From positions 32,738,001 through 32,802,000 of the forward strand of contig NC_087436.1 in the NCBI RefSeq assembly GCF_036321535.1: a DNA stretch of 64,000 nt. The letters are read 5' to 3'. Below are positions 12,016 to 24,957 of this stretch, in pieces. This DNA comes from Camelus dromedarius. Lineage: Eukaryota. The position numbers and the translations under genes are program-made. Positions within the stretch are counted from its first letter, which is position 1. Each line of letters starts with the position of its first letter. A model generated the notes under the pieces. It had not been told where the DNA came from, made no database searches, and was given only the letters and a program-made list of their open reading frames with translations.

Positions 12016-13687
12016 TTTTTTTTTTTAACATTTTTTATTGATTTATAATCATTTTACAATGTTGTGTCAAATTCCAGTGTTCAGCACAATTTTTCAGTCA
12101 TTCATGGACATATACACACTCATTGTCACATTTTTTTCTCTGTGAGTTATCATAACATTTTGTGTATATTTCCCTGTGCTATACAGTGTAGTCTATTCTA
12201 CAATTTTGAAATCCCAGTCTATCCCTTCCCACCATCCACCCCCCTGGTAACCACAAGTCTGTATTCTCTGTCTGTGAGTCTATTTCTGTCCTTTATTTAC
12301 ACTTTGTTTTTGTTTGTTTGTTTGTTTTTGTTTTTGTTTTTTAGATTCCACATATGAGCGATCTCATATGGTATTTTTCTTTCTCTTTCTGGCTTACTTC
12401 ACTTAGAATGACATTCTCCAGGAGCATCCATGTTGCTGCAAATGGCATTATGTTGTCGGTTTTTATGGCTGAGTAGTATTCCATTGTATAAATATACCAC
12501 CTCTTCTTTATCCAGTCACCTGTTGATGGACATTTAGGCTGTTTCCATGTTTTGGCTATTGTAAACAGTGCTGCTATGAACGTTGGGGTGCAGGTGTCAT
12601 CCTGAAGTAGATTTCCTTCTGGATACAAGCCCAGGAGTGGGATTCCTGGGTCATATGGTAAGTCTATTCCTAGTCTTTTGAGGAATCTCCACACTGTTTT
12701 CCATAGTGGCTGCACCAAACTGCATTCCCACCAGCAGTGTAGGAGGGTTCCCCTTTCTCCACAGCCTCTCCAGCATTTGTCATTTGTGGATTTTTGAATG
12801 ACGGCCATTCTGACTGGTGTGAGGTGATACCTCATTGTAGTTTTGATTTGCATTTCTCTGATAATTAGTGATACTGAGCATTTTTTCATGTGCTTTTTGA
12901 TCATTTGTATGTCTTCCTTGGAGAATTGCTTGTTTAGGTCTTCTGCCCATTTTTGGATTGGGTTGTTTATTTTTTTCTTATTGAGTCGTATGAGCTGCTT
13001 ATATATTCTGGAGATCAAGCCTTTGTCGGTTTCACTTGCAAAAATTTTCTCCCATTCCGTAGGTTTTCTTCTTGTTTTACTTCTGGTTTCCTTTGCTGTG
13101 CAGAAGCTTGTAAGTTTCATTAGGTCCCATTTGTTTATTCTTGCTTTTATTTCTTCTAGGAGAAAATTTTTGAGATGTATGTCAGATAATGTTTTGCCTA
13201 TGTTTTCCTCTAGGAGGTTTATTGTATCTTGTCTTATGTTTAAGTCTTTAATCCATTTTGAGTTGATTTTTGTATATGGTGTAAGGGAGTGTTCTAGCTT
13301 CATTGTTTTACATGCTGCTGTCCAGTTTTCCCAACACCATTTGCTGAAGAGACTGTCTTTATTCCATTGTATATTCTTGCCTCCTTTGTCAAAGATGAGT
13401 TGACCAAAAGTTTGTGGGTTCATTTCTGGGCTCTCTATTCTGTTCCATTGGTCTATATGTCTGTTTTGGTACCAGTACCATGCTGTCTTGATGACTGTAG
13501 CTCTATAGTATTGTCTGAAGTCTGGGAGAGTTATTCCTCCAGCCTCTTTCTTTCTCTTCAGTAATGCTTTGGCAATTCTACGTCTTTGATGGTTCCATAT
13601 GAATTTTATTATGATTTGTTCTAGTTCTGTGAAATATGTCCTGGGCAATTGGATAGGGATTGCATGAAATCTGTAGATTGCCTTGGG
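12016..13687 (-). mobile_element. Young 5'-truncated LINE-1 (1.67 kb)
   Basis: Poly-T 12014-12026; perfect TSD tggaatctt at 12007-12015 and 13688-13696; empty site TCTT/GA fits L1 endonuclease preference; uninterrupted ORF2. Confidence 0.97.
12341..13687 (-). pseudogene. Open C-terminal 448 codons of L1 ORF2p (no own start, lacks EN and RT core)
   Basis: PKAIYRF..., [16 protein letters not shown], intact cysteine-rich [25 protein letters not shown], ends ICGI*. Confidence 0.95.
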
Positions 13688-16639
13688 TGGAATCTTGAGT
13701 TGAGATAGGTAGAAGGGTTGTAATCCTGGAAGGTTCTGGGTTATTTGGGGGAATTTCCTCAAGGCTGAGGAAAGTGACAATATTTAGAAAGTATCTTTTT
13801 CATATGGCAGATACATGTGTCCATTCCCATGCTGAGTCCCAAAGAGGTGGCAGTAGCTCTGGTGATGTGGCAGAGGGGATGAGTGTGTGTGTGTGTTTGT
13901 ATGCTGTGTGTTCTGTATGTGTATGATTGAACATCAGGAGTCTTAGTCTTCAGCTTCTTCCTCTCTGTGCTCTTGGAGCTGCAGCAGTCGAGGACCACAA
14001 ATACGGCACAGAAACATGTTTTTGATAATGGAATATATGCAATTTATATTACGATTTCATTAGATAATAATAATTTCTGTGCTGTTCCATAGTTTTTAAG
14101 ATGAAAATTCATAATGTTGATTGAGGGGATGTTGTGTAACTCCACAGTTCTGTATTAACGTGCATTTAGGTTATTTCCATTTTTTCTCATCATAATACAA
14201 AGCTAATGAATGTCTTAGTATATAAAGTTTTCTTTTAATTTTTTCAGTACTATATAACCATATTCTCCTGAAGTTTTAAGTCTGAATCATTCTCTCTTTC
14301 CCTCAGGATTTTCTGTTTGTGTCATGATGTCAAGGTCCAGGAAGCTTAATGTTCCTGGGCCTTGAAATGCCTTTTTATTAGCCACTGATTGTGAATTCAA
14401 TAATTTTAATTTCTTAGATGTTTATTTGAGTCCACATATTACTGAGGATTTACTGATATTGAATAAAGAGTCAGATGTTTAAATCAAGTATAACCCACCA
14501 TCATGAGCTTTATGTTTGCTCTGGTTAGCTATTTAATTGTTTTTTCTCCGGAGGTCTTAATATTTCTTGTCAATTGTAAGACTTAAAGAAATAATTTTCA
14601 TGCTCAGTCTTTTAACTAAATAGGAAATTCCTATGTATGAGGCAGATGGCAAACCCCACCATCTTATGTTTGCTATATGGATTCTTAACATCTTTACTGT
14701 TTACAAGAATTTTAATTTAATATATATTTCTATTTTTTTTGAAAACTCAACACTATATATGATAAAAACTTCAAACAGAACAAAAGAATATACAGTAAAA
14801 AATCCTCTAGTTTTCTTCCCTAGAAGCAACCATTTATTATCAGTTTCTTTGTATCCTTTCAGCATTATTTTATACATATTCTAGCTTTTCTCTGTCATAT
14901 TTACTTTAGCTAAAACTGTAGTGTTCCTGAAAAGGGGGAACATCTTGTTTCAATTAATATATTTTTGTCATTTTAGTAATACATTTATTTATAGTATTAT
15001 TTATACAAGTTCAATGTAGTTTTGTTTAGTTATATTTGGATTTTCTTTTATCTGTAAATAAAAATCTGAGTAAGGTTGATTCAAATAGTCATGAACTTTT
15101 TTGGAGAATCAAAATTAGGAAAAATAGAAAAAAGTTTTCAAAACGGTACAGAAACTGAATAAGACTGGATGGGAGGTAGGGGAAAGTAAGAGTCAGGACT
15201 ACTGAGTATGGTATTTGAGGAGCATTCTCTATCTGTAAATACCTTGCTTCCTTTCTTTAGCACATGTGTGTATTTCTGTTACCCATACTGTTGGATAATA
15301 CATTATTACATTCTGTATAACTGATTTCTAAGCTATGCTCTGGGGATGTTAGTATTTGTAAGATATTAATGGGTATGTGATGGAACAATTTTATGGTAAA
15401 AATTGTTTGGGAAAAGCTCTGTGGCATTGATAGTAAATGTTTTTTAGTGAAGTTCATAAATTGCTTTCAAAGTATAAGGTATTGAATGCATCCATCTGAG
15501 TTACTAAGATATTTTACAACATATAAATATGAATGAAAAGAAAATCTATTACAGAGCTCATCATTTTCTTAACTCTTTCACTGATAGATACCATCTTTGT
15601 ATTTGGCAAAAGTTTTCTTCTTTTTAGTATTTGCAGAATGCAGTTTTGGCAGTTCCTGGGGGGAATAGAATTTGCTGAGGTAGTTTATATTCTTAAAATG
15701 CAATAAATTATTATATCAGACACTACTTAGAAATGCCAGAATCAAATATTTAACCTTTCTCTGCCTTTCTTCTGTTATACTTGCCATAAACAATGCAAGT
15801 TGTATACATAAACCACACAATTATTTACTTTTAGTGTTTGATGGAATGGCTTTTAAAAAGTCACACATATTGCCAAGTAGTAAAATACATATTTATTTAG
15901 TTTTCTTTGAATCAGGGGAATGTGGGAGGGCAGCGCCAACCTCATGTGAAAGAGCCTGGTCTGGGGAAGGGCAGGGAAACCAGAAGCCACGTTAACACTA
16001 CTTCTGCTGGTGCTGCCACCTTTCCCTCGTGGAGTCTTTGATAGTTCAGAACAGAATTCTGCCTCAGATCCTTCTTTGACATTAGTTGAGTGTGCAGTAA
16101 ACAAAAATGAATCAGAACTTACATTTGTACCTCCTCCCTATTCACGAATTCTTTATGAGTTAGATATGCACGTGTATTTTTTTTTGAAACCGGTGAACAA
16201 CCCTATCCCAGTGATTGAGACTCTGTTATTTCATGATAGTTATCTGTGTATCTGGGAATAAATCTTATCATTATCTTAGCTTTATTTAACTTTTTCTCTG
16301 CCCAGTTTTAGTCTTGACTTTGGATTGGTTATATTGACCTTTGAAATCCCAAAAAAGTAATTTTTCTTCATATTTAGGAGTGAAACTTTTGTTTATAATC
16401 CCTTTATCATCCTCTTGAAAATGAAAGAGTTCCTTTTAACAATGAAAATACCTCTAGGTCATAGATCTCCTGATTTTTTATTTGACCTGATAGCAGAGCC
16501 AGACTTCATTAGATACAGTGATTCTGTTTTTGTCACCCCTTCCCCATTCATAACATAAACACAAAAAATAAAATAAGGAGTGGAAGAAATTTCACTGTGG
16601 ACTTGAATGACTCTCACAAGGTTTTGTTTAGGGTGAAGG

Positions 16640-16940
16640 TGTATATATTTATATTTTAGGAAACGTTCATATTTATATATAAAGTAAATTCTCTATATAA
16701 ATATGCTATTTGAAATATTTGTGTTACTATATATTTATATTAGTATATTTTATGCAAAACACATACATAAAAATACGTATGTATATGTTATGTAACATTA
16801 GTGTAATAAATGAATATACATACTATATAAAATTCAAAATATAAAGAATACAGATATATAAATATATACATTTAAATACTGTGGTTATGTATCTATATAC
16901 AACTATCTACATAATACAAATATACATATGTATTTATATT
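16640..16940. repeat. AT-rich low-complexity / degenerate (TA)n tract
   Basis: Largely A/T with repeated tata/taca units. Confidence 0.8.
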
Positions 16941-18639
16941 TGGGGGACGTTTCATATGATACTCTAGCAATTCCTTAAAAAAATTACCCAAAGTAAATAC
17001 ATTCTTGGCTGATACAGTGTTGTATGTAAGTGTGCATGGATGCTTAGGGAGGTAATAATGCTTTATTAATTTTTAAGAAGAGTTTAAACTAGTTCTTGAG
17101 AGAATGAGCAGTTAAGTGAACAGATTTTCGCAGTAAGTTATCATACCCCTTTTCTTTGCTGGCTTAAGTTTTGATACATTAATATTCTCTACACATAAAG
17201 GTGTTGGGGGTGGGTGCATGGCAGTGGCCTTAATTGTGTTGGTGACAGAAGGTATTACAAAGCTGAGGGAGGTCCCTTGGCACAGGAGAGGGGAAGAGAG
17301 TAGAAAGAATAAGCCAGTGATTTGAGCTGTTTATGTTAAAGGCTACTTGACTTTCTGTGGAAAAGATCCTTCACCCTGTCATTGGGCATGAAACTGGCAG
17401 CTGGAGTGTTGTCTCTGACCCCTAAAAACCAGGCGAATGAGGCTGTTGAAAGATGGGGTCGGTTATGCTCCAGCTGCCACATGCCCTGAATGAAAGTCAC
17501 AAAGAGACTCATACACGCCACTGAGCAGGACTGCAGTGAGGAGCTAGGAGCTTTTAACTGCCAGTTTGTCCACAGTTTCTAAAGGACTAATTATTAAGAA
17601 GCTTTAAGAGCCATGGTGATGGAAATGGTTACTGTTTAAAGATTACCAAGAACGGTGCTTAAAAAGGTGTTGGATAGGAGTTTTCCTTTAGCATTAATGG
17701 CCATTAGCTGCAGGCTAAGGTTGAAACCCACTGCTATCAAAGGTTTGTTTTCTCCTGATAGCTCTGTAGCTGTAAGCTTATTGGGCATTAGCTCTATCAC
17801 CAGGGCACTATGGCAAGGCTTGAAGTTCTGTAATACAGGTGTAGTGCCTGTTATGGGAGGGACACAAGACAGCAACTCAGTGTATTTGGCTGGATATTTC
17901 CTGGTAGTGCCAGAATAAGAGCTGGGTGAGTGGTTACTGAGACATGTCCAGACATTGCTCCGTCTCTTTTCCTTGGGATCCCAGCCTCTGGACAGAGGAT
18001 AAAGAATTGTGTCAGAATTTACTTCATGGTAGTGTAATGGTCCAATTTAGTTGTCTTCTAAAACTGCTTCAGCTAACATGGACCTCTAAGGTCAAAGAAA
18101 AGGAAATGCTTTAGAACATGAAAGTGATCGAAGGAATCACTCTATTTAATCTTTCCTACTTCTTTGTAAGACATACTCTTTGGAAGTTTAAATGTTTGGA
18201 TGCTTGAAGTTTTGAAGGACAACTCTGATCTTTGACACTTCTACTCCATTCTGTCAAAGGTTCAATTCCCTTAAGACTTTCTTGTCATCATCTGCAAACA
18301 CCTACTGAGTGTTTCTCCATGATGATGCTTTCCTAAAGCTTCTCCTAGGTTGTCTGAAGCATCTGGTAGTTCACAGTCCTTTTAGGAAAGTTTGGGATTA
18401 TTTAATATTTAAATAGCAACCTTTTTATGGGAACTTCATTATCACTTTTGAGGCCTTCCTTGTCTGCCAGTTCAAGTCAGTAGTATTAACTAAGCATTAT
18501 GGTGTGCCCTGCATGAGGACTGGACCTCAAGGGACTTGGAGGGAGGGTGTCACATGGATTTCATATATGTTAAGCAGTTAGAGAACATTACAAGAAAATA
18601 TAACTTTAAAGATTTATTTGTGTGGTACAAGCTCTTAAG

Positions 18640-18769
18640 TGTAGGATGGATCTGCATAACTGAGTGTGAATTCTGGCTCTACCACTCTAGATAAATCAGT
18701 CTCTCTAATCCTCATATATCTAATAGGGTACTGTTAACTATGTCCAGAATTATTGAAAGAATTAAATAA
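18640..18769 (+). mobile_element. MIR fragment split by an L1 (remainder ~19235-19280)
   Basis: tgtgaattctggctctaccact ... gaaagaattaaataa, then aaaagtgccaagcaca after the L1. Confidence 0.55.
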
Positions 18770-19221
18770 CACAATGGAATACTACTCAGCCATAAAAAAG
18801 AATGAAAACTTGCCATTTGGGAACATGGATGAACTTGGAGGGTATTATACTAAGTGAAGTAAGTCAGACAGAGAAAGACAAATACTGTATGATATCACTT
18901 ACATGTGGAGTCTAAAAAATACAACAAACTAATGAATATAACAAAAAAGAAGCAGACTCATAGATATAGAGAATAAACTACTCATTACCAGTAGGGAGAG
19001 GGAAGGAGGGAGGGACAATATAGGGGTAGGGGATTAAGAGGTATAAACTGTTATGCATAAAATAAGGATACTGTACTGTGTAGCCAGTATTTTATAATAA
19101 TTCTAAATGAGATACAACCTTTAAAAATTGTGAATCACTATATTATACACCTGTAACTTATATAATATTGTACATCAACTATACTTCAATAAAAACAGAA
19201 GAAAAAGGAAAAAAACCCCTC
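18770..19221 (+). mobile_element. 5'-truncated LINE-1 3' end
   Basis: caatggaatactactcagccataaaaaagaatgaa, G-rich 3'UTR, aataaa and A tail; TSD aagaattaaataa (18757-18769) / aaaaattaagtaa (19222-19234). Confidence 0.92.
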
Positions 19222-19609
19222 AAAAATTAAGTAATATACAAAAAGTGCCAAGCACATCATAGGTATTCTGCACATGCCAGTTAGTACCACATAGGAGGGG
19301 GAAGACTTACAAAGAGGTAGGGAAATGTGATCTGGAAGATGAAGAATGGGGAAGGCATAGTTAGCAGAGAGAAGTGATGAGTGTATTTGTAAGGTGGTGG
19401 GAAGGGTATATGAGTTAAGACAGGCAGCTGGGAATGATTGAGGTGTAACCTGGCCCGACTGGGATGGAGGGTTGTACAGAGAAGTAGTGGATAAAAAAGA
19501 ATGACTTGCAAGGCCAGCTAAGAAGTTTAATTAGATCCAATAAGCAGTTGAAAGTTATTTGAATACAGGTGGTGTTTTGGAGAGATTTTTGCAGTATGTA
19601 AAACTAATG

Positions 19610-19690
19610 CAGCAGCTTTATGAGGAAGGTATTATTATCATCCCCATTTTCCAGGTGGGAAATTGTGTTTGGAAGAGGTCTAAGAAAACT
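19610..19690 (-). mobile_element. MIR core fragment
   Basis: tatgaggaaggtattattatcatccccattttccaggtgggaaa. Confidence 0.65.
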
Positions 19691-19947
19691 TACATGTTTG
19701 TATTTACTATGTAAATAACACTAATGGCAATCAGAATGAAAGAAAATGTTAATTCATGATCCAGCCATCCATACAAATCAGAGTGTTTTCATTTTCTCAT
19801 ATTCCCAATTGATGTTAGTTTTTCTTTCAGAAAATGGAATGATTGCTATGAATATTACTTGAGTTAATTTTTCTTGTTACTTTAAATAGTCCCTGGCACA
19901 TAGTAGGCACTCATTACATGTTAGCTATTATTTTTACCCTAATACAG

Positions 19948-20012
19948 ACCAAGAATTTACAGAGTAGATGAGACAGTCTATATTAACAGACTGCTTAAGT
20001 GCATTTTGACGG
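19948..20012 (+). other. Candidate 65-nt exon
   Basis: Acceptor tttttaccctaatacag|, donor CGG|gtaagt; an alternative acceptor tttttctttcag lies at 19830. Confidence 0.4.
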
Positions 20013-21094
20013 GTAAGTTTTGTGACCTTCCTATTTTCACTCACAACTTTGTAATGGTTTCATGTGCAAGCTAAATACAAAGTCCTAATCTTTTCCAGAA
20101 CAGAATGAGGTATGACTGATATGCAAGTTATCTGCTATTTAAAGCTTAATTTTTGGTGGCCTTTCAGAGATTGCTCTCATTCACCTGCAAGTATTGGGGG
20201 AAAGAACAAATAATAAATTTATTACAAAAATTTTTGTTCTGAATAGTGAGTAATCTATGGTAGGAATTTGTTGTTGGCTTACAATAAATATCTATTTTAT
20301 ACTTTTTCTAGAAAAGAGATGAATATATTTTTTGATTGTTACATTATTGGCAGTTTTACAGGATGAATACTCAAGATTTTAGTGTGTTCTAATAGTTGGT
20401 GAGGCAGTTTATGTCCAAACGTCCTCATTCTTAAACTTTCTTGTGGGTTATGGGGGAGTTAGCAAATGAGCATGTTGTATCAGTTACTCACTTTGCAATA
20501 ATTTATTTCTGGATTAGTAAAACTGTGAATTCCTCTCTAAATGCTAACCCTGAGTTTTCTAAAGATTTTCTGTTCATGTTTCTAAAATCTTAGCTGTTGA
20601 ATACCACTTAGATAGACTCATTATTTTTCAAATGCTGAAGTCTAAGTTGTTGAATAAGCAAGACTAACCTTTGACATGAAAGAAGATTTAGAGGATAGAG
20701 GGATTTCATTTGCTTTTCATTTTCAAGGCCATGTCTTGTAATATGAATTTATTAGGAACATGTGTCACATTTTCCACACCTCTGTGTCCTTTGGGACATA
20801 AACATTTAGGGAGATCCATGGGCACAAAGACTGTTCTGTGCTAGGGAAAATGATAAAAAAAATTAAGAAATTGGAATTGAAAATAACACTTCTTTTACAT
20901 TCCTTGTATAAGTCAGTAAGCTTTGTGGGCTTTTGGGTCTTCTCAAATCTCCTTGAAGGCATTTGTGGAACAATTATAGTGACTGGAGTTGCCATTACGT
21001 CTTTTCCAGAGAGCCTGGGAGGAAAGAAGGCTCATTTACATTGTAGTCTGGTAAATGGGTTACACCTCTGCTAAGAGGATTGTATCTTTTACAG

Positions 21095-21123
21095 CTATAA
21101 CCAATAGCTCAGAACATCAGTTG
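21095..21123 (+). other. Candidate 29-nt small exon
   Basis: Acceptor tgtatcttttacag|, branch-like ctaag at 21071, donor TTG|gtaagt. Confidence 0.5.
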
Positions 21124-21564
21124 GTAAGTGTATCTGGGTTTTAGTTAGTGCATGAAGATACAGAGACATTAATAAAAATCATTCATGTGTATATGTGCAA
21201 GGGCTTTCGTTTGCTTTATGCTCCTTTCCCCTCTCTCTCTCTTTCTTCCTTATTTATTTCATTCATTCACTTTTTAAAATCAGCATTTTATAAAATTTTA
21301 TAAATAGGCAATTTTATACTTGCAGCATAGAGAATTTTCGGGTTCTTCTGGAGAAGAGACTCAAACCAGGAGCATAGGTAAAGATAAGAAAACTTAAGAA
21401 AAAAATGTTTTGATTGCTCTGAATTCACTGGGGATGTACTAAAGTGAGATTTTTGAAGCATTATTTGAACAATCTGGCACTATTATCACCTTTGATTTCA
21501 CTCATAACTTGTTGAGGATATGATTTTACCACAGAGTTATTATGTACAACACAAGTCATTTTTG

Positions 21565-21705
21565 TTGCTCTTTCCCCCTTCCTTTTCTTTCTTTCTCTCC
21601 ATCCCTTCCTCCCTTCCTCTATACATCCCTCCCTTCTTCACCCTATTCCTTTTTCACTACCTCCTTCCCTTCCTTCATCCTTCCTGTGTTTTCCTCTTTT
21701 TTTTT
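21565..21705. repeat. CT-rich polypyrimidine tract
   Basis: Degenerate (CCTT)n/(CT)n. Confidence 0.75.
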
Positions 21706-23987
21706 AATCACCTCAATATCCGCAACTCAGCCAAAATAGTGAACAGAGTAAAAACTCTTATGACAGTTGATTTGGGATACTGTGATTTGCTACCTTAGAG
21801 CAGTTATTACTGTCTTGCCTCATTCTGTTTTGCTATGTACTACTGTTGGAAAGATTGATTTTAGAGGATTGGCTAGCAGAGCAGCAGTCACTCTCATTGC
21901 ACTTAGAAGTGCAAGGAAGATATAGCATCTTTGCTTTTTTCCTTTGCTGACAGTCTTACTGGGTAGTTAAGACAAAAATAACCTTTATGCTTTGCAATTT
22001 ACAATTTTTTACTCTTGTCTGGTTTAGTCTCTTTTTGATGGCTTAGTGTCTTTTTTTTTTTTTTTTTAATTAAACTCATGGCCCCTCAGATTTCTGTCCC
22101 CTTCCTGTGCTTTTTTTTCATTATGGAGTCTGAGAGTGATTTCATGGTGGCAGGGGAAATTGGAAACTTCTGTCCATATGATGTCCTCTGGATCCTTGCT
22201 GTGTTTTGAGTTATAAAGTCCATGATAAAGTTGTGATGTTCGTTATAAAAGTCTCTGATTGCTAAGGAAGAGGTGTGTTCTCTTTTCTTGCCAAGGTAAC
22301 CATACATGCACTCAAGGACTCAGCTAGAGTAGACTACACAGGTCTTTTAAGTTAGTTAATTACTAAGAAAAGTCATTTCTTAGGATAGCCTAAAGATTAT
22401 TGTGAAATGTCTGTGAAGAAGTTTGTCAAGTGACTCTGAAAGCAAGTATTCATAGTCTATTTAACTTGAGAAAGCTGTCTTTTCCCATCTTCAATCTACA
22501 CATTTGCAGCCCAGGTCTTAGTACCTCAGATACAAAAATTCATTCAACTTGGTCCATATTACGTCATGCAGAAAATTTTGACATTAACAACTGTGTTTTC
22601 ATTTTTAGTAATTCTTTTTTTCAAAAATGGCCTTTATCTCCATTTCAGGCAGCCTGAGCTCCCTATTTCAGAGAAGGAAAGCCTGGCAGAACAATTGAAA
22701 ACAAACCAGTTGATCCCACTTTCTAAGTTTAAAACTCTGGTGGAAACAGTATTTGAAAGAAAGGATTGGAAGATTAGCAAGAACTCATAATAATGTAAGA
22801 AGAATGTTGTTCCTTTCCTAGACTTGATAAGAATTCCTTGGTCTGTGGAGAAAGAATTGGAAAGGAATGGCATCAGACACTGGTGGAGGTCTCAGGCAAG
22901 AAGACCTGTGCTTTTTCCTGCACCTACTCCAGTGACAGTCTTCGCCCCAGGGTTAGGTGAACTCAGAGGAGAGGGAGTTATGCGCCCCTTTCCCTGCCTG
23001 GTTGCCCAGACATGCCATGGTCCTTATCCATGGAGCTATAGAGTAGCTGGAGCGACACAGAGTTGCTAGGAGAAGGGTCTTATGGAGAATCTCTTGTGCT
23101 CATATGTGGTGTGAGAAGTATCTAAATCTTTCCCCATACAGCCAAAAGTGGTGTAGATGTGGCCCTGAAAGCAGGCAGTTATGGAGGGGCCTTGTGTTTG
23201 TAACAGGGGACCACCACTGGGGAGCAGCATAGATAGTGGATATCGCTCAATAGATGCCAGCACGGAGATGTGGTGCCTTCCATGAGTCAGATGGAATAAG
23301 GTGCATATCAACAGAGTCAGCATGGACTGAGGGGTAGGTTCCTTTCCCTGATGCCATGATACTAAGCCAACTAGAACTTGAATGGGTTTGGGGAGAGAAC
23401 CCTAAATTGAATTTACTCTGATTTGACTGAGAAAGTACCAAATTAACTGAGTTTAACTTCAGTCAATGAGTTTAAGTTTTCTGTTACCAAGTGGACTAGA
23501 GAGTAAGTTGAATTTCATAAAAAAGTACAGTTCTTATAGTGGGCCCATTGCGTAGAGTTCCTAGCAAGTATTAGCAATAATGGTGAAAAAAGGGGCAAGG
23601 AACAGGTACATATTAAGCAGTTGATGATGTCTGCTTAAGTAAGATGATGTCTTTTAACTTGGAGCAGAGCTGGTCCAGAAATGAATTAAGGTGTCGCCCT
23701 ATTAGATATTCAGCAGGAGTGATTCTTACTGTCGGGCACAGTAATCCAGTAAGCTCTTTTCCATCAGTATGATCTAGAATCTTTTAAAGAGTTTCTACCA
23801 CTTCTTCAGCTAGATCACTTGTAAGAGTGGTGAGATTTGTTGGTGGAAGCTTAGGGAGTCATCTTTGATGTAAAGGAGAGCACACAGACTTGGAGTCAAA
23901 CACACGTAATTCTAAATTCTGTATCTTCCCTATACAAGCTATGCACCCTCCTTTTTCTTTTATGTAAAGAGGATTTAATAATAGCTC

Positions 23988-24516
23988 TGGTAGACTTCTG
24001 TTCTTTTGCTTCAGCCTCCTCACCTTATTCACATAATACCATTCCTCTCCACTCTAAGTACATGAAATTCAAAAGGTGCTGACTCCACTTTTAGCTCCAT
24101 GTGACCCAGGCCTGGCTAATCAGTGCTTTTTGATCCTCTGTCACGGTGAGTGGTCCAACGATAGATACAGGACCTAAATTATTCAAAACAGAGTAAATTT
24201 CAGGAATTTTGTTGAAATAATTGGGAAGAAGCAGCCTACTTTCCCCAGTTGCTAAGCTTGAGTTAGAACCCTGAAACTAGCAGGTGCCATCACACTGAAG
24301 AAAGCCCACCTAAGAGTGAAAACAATGCAGAGAAAAATTGAATTGAGAGATGGAGAGTCTGAATTCTTATGGCGTGATCTGAGCTCCTGAAGTCAGTTAC
24401 ACCTGAGATCCAGAACTCCTGTATTTTCTAGTGAGACTATCGGGGCTAATGAACAGCTCCCCATTTTTCCCCCTTCAAGTTTGGAACCAATTGAGTGCTA
24501 GCAACAGAGTTAGACA
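23988..24516 (+). mobile_element. Ancient ERVL/MaLR solo LTR (LTR16-like), next to a MIR fragment at ~23870-23985
   Basis: gtgacccaggcctggctaatcag; tgagctcctgaagtcagttacacctga motifs. Confidence 0.6.
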
Positions 24517-24584
24517 TATAAATCAAAATAGCAGCTATAATACTAATAAAAGCTAGATTAGTGAACATAGTTTAGATGTGCAGG

Positions 24585-24957
24585 TATAGTGGACTTCCTT
24601 GTATTCTCTCCTGAGTTGGATTTATTGAGCCAAATCTGCATGGTAATCTTAGCACTTGGTAGAAAGCAGACCAGAATACTCTTCTTATAGTTAGGTAGGG
24701 TCACAGATCTCTAAGCCAGGGAGAAGAGGCTGAGCTAAGAAGTACCCTCTCCTAAATACACCAACCTTCTAAGTCCTTCTCCTCTCACAGGATAACTAAG
24801 TAGGTATAGGGAGAGATCAGGACTGTTGAGACAGAAGAAAGTCCACATGAAGCCAGAGCACCAGAAGTTTCCCTTAGTCTTTTCAGTTCCGTGAAATGAT
24901 AAATTATTTTTTGTTTTATGTTTCTATCACTTGCAACTGAGAGAGTCTCGACTAAAT
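24585..24957 (+). mobile_element. Ancient ERVL/MaLR LTR fragment
   Basis: 3' end tttctatcacttgcaactgagagagtctcgactaa typical of the LTR16/LTR33/MLT1 group. Confidence 0.55.

Noticed and set aside
12341..13780. 479-aa ORF as a novel chimeric gene
   Set aside because: It starts at TTG; the first 31 residues are flank read-through beyond the TSD and the rest is truncated L1 ORF2.
14307..14390. Exon after the strong acceptor tctctctttccctcag
   Set aside because: Only a weak donor (att|gtgaat) follows; not supportable without transcript data.
17636..17918. Overlapping 79-aa and 87-aa ORFs as a viral or pseudogene fragment
   Set aside because: Non-ATG starts and no recognisable protein motif.
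22860..23450. GC-richer block with several short ORFs
   Set aside because: No recognisable protein or repeat family; may be an old LTR-derived sequence but could not be assigned.
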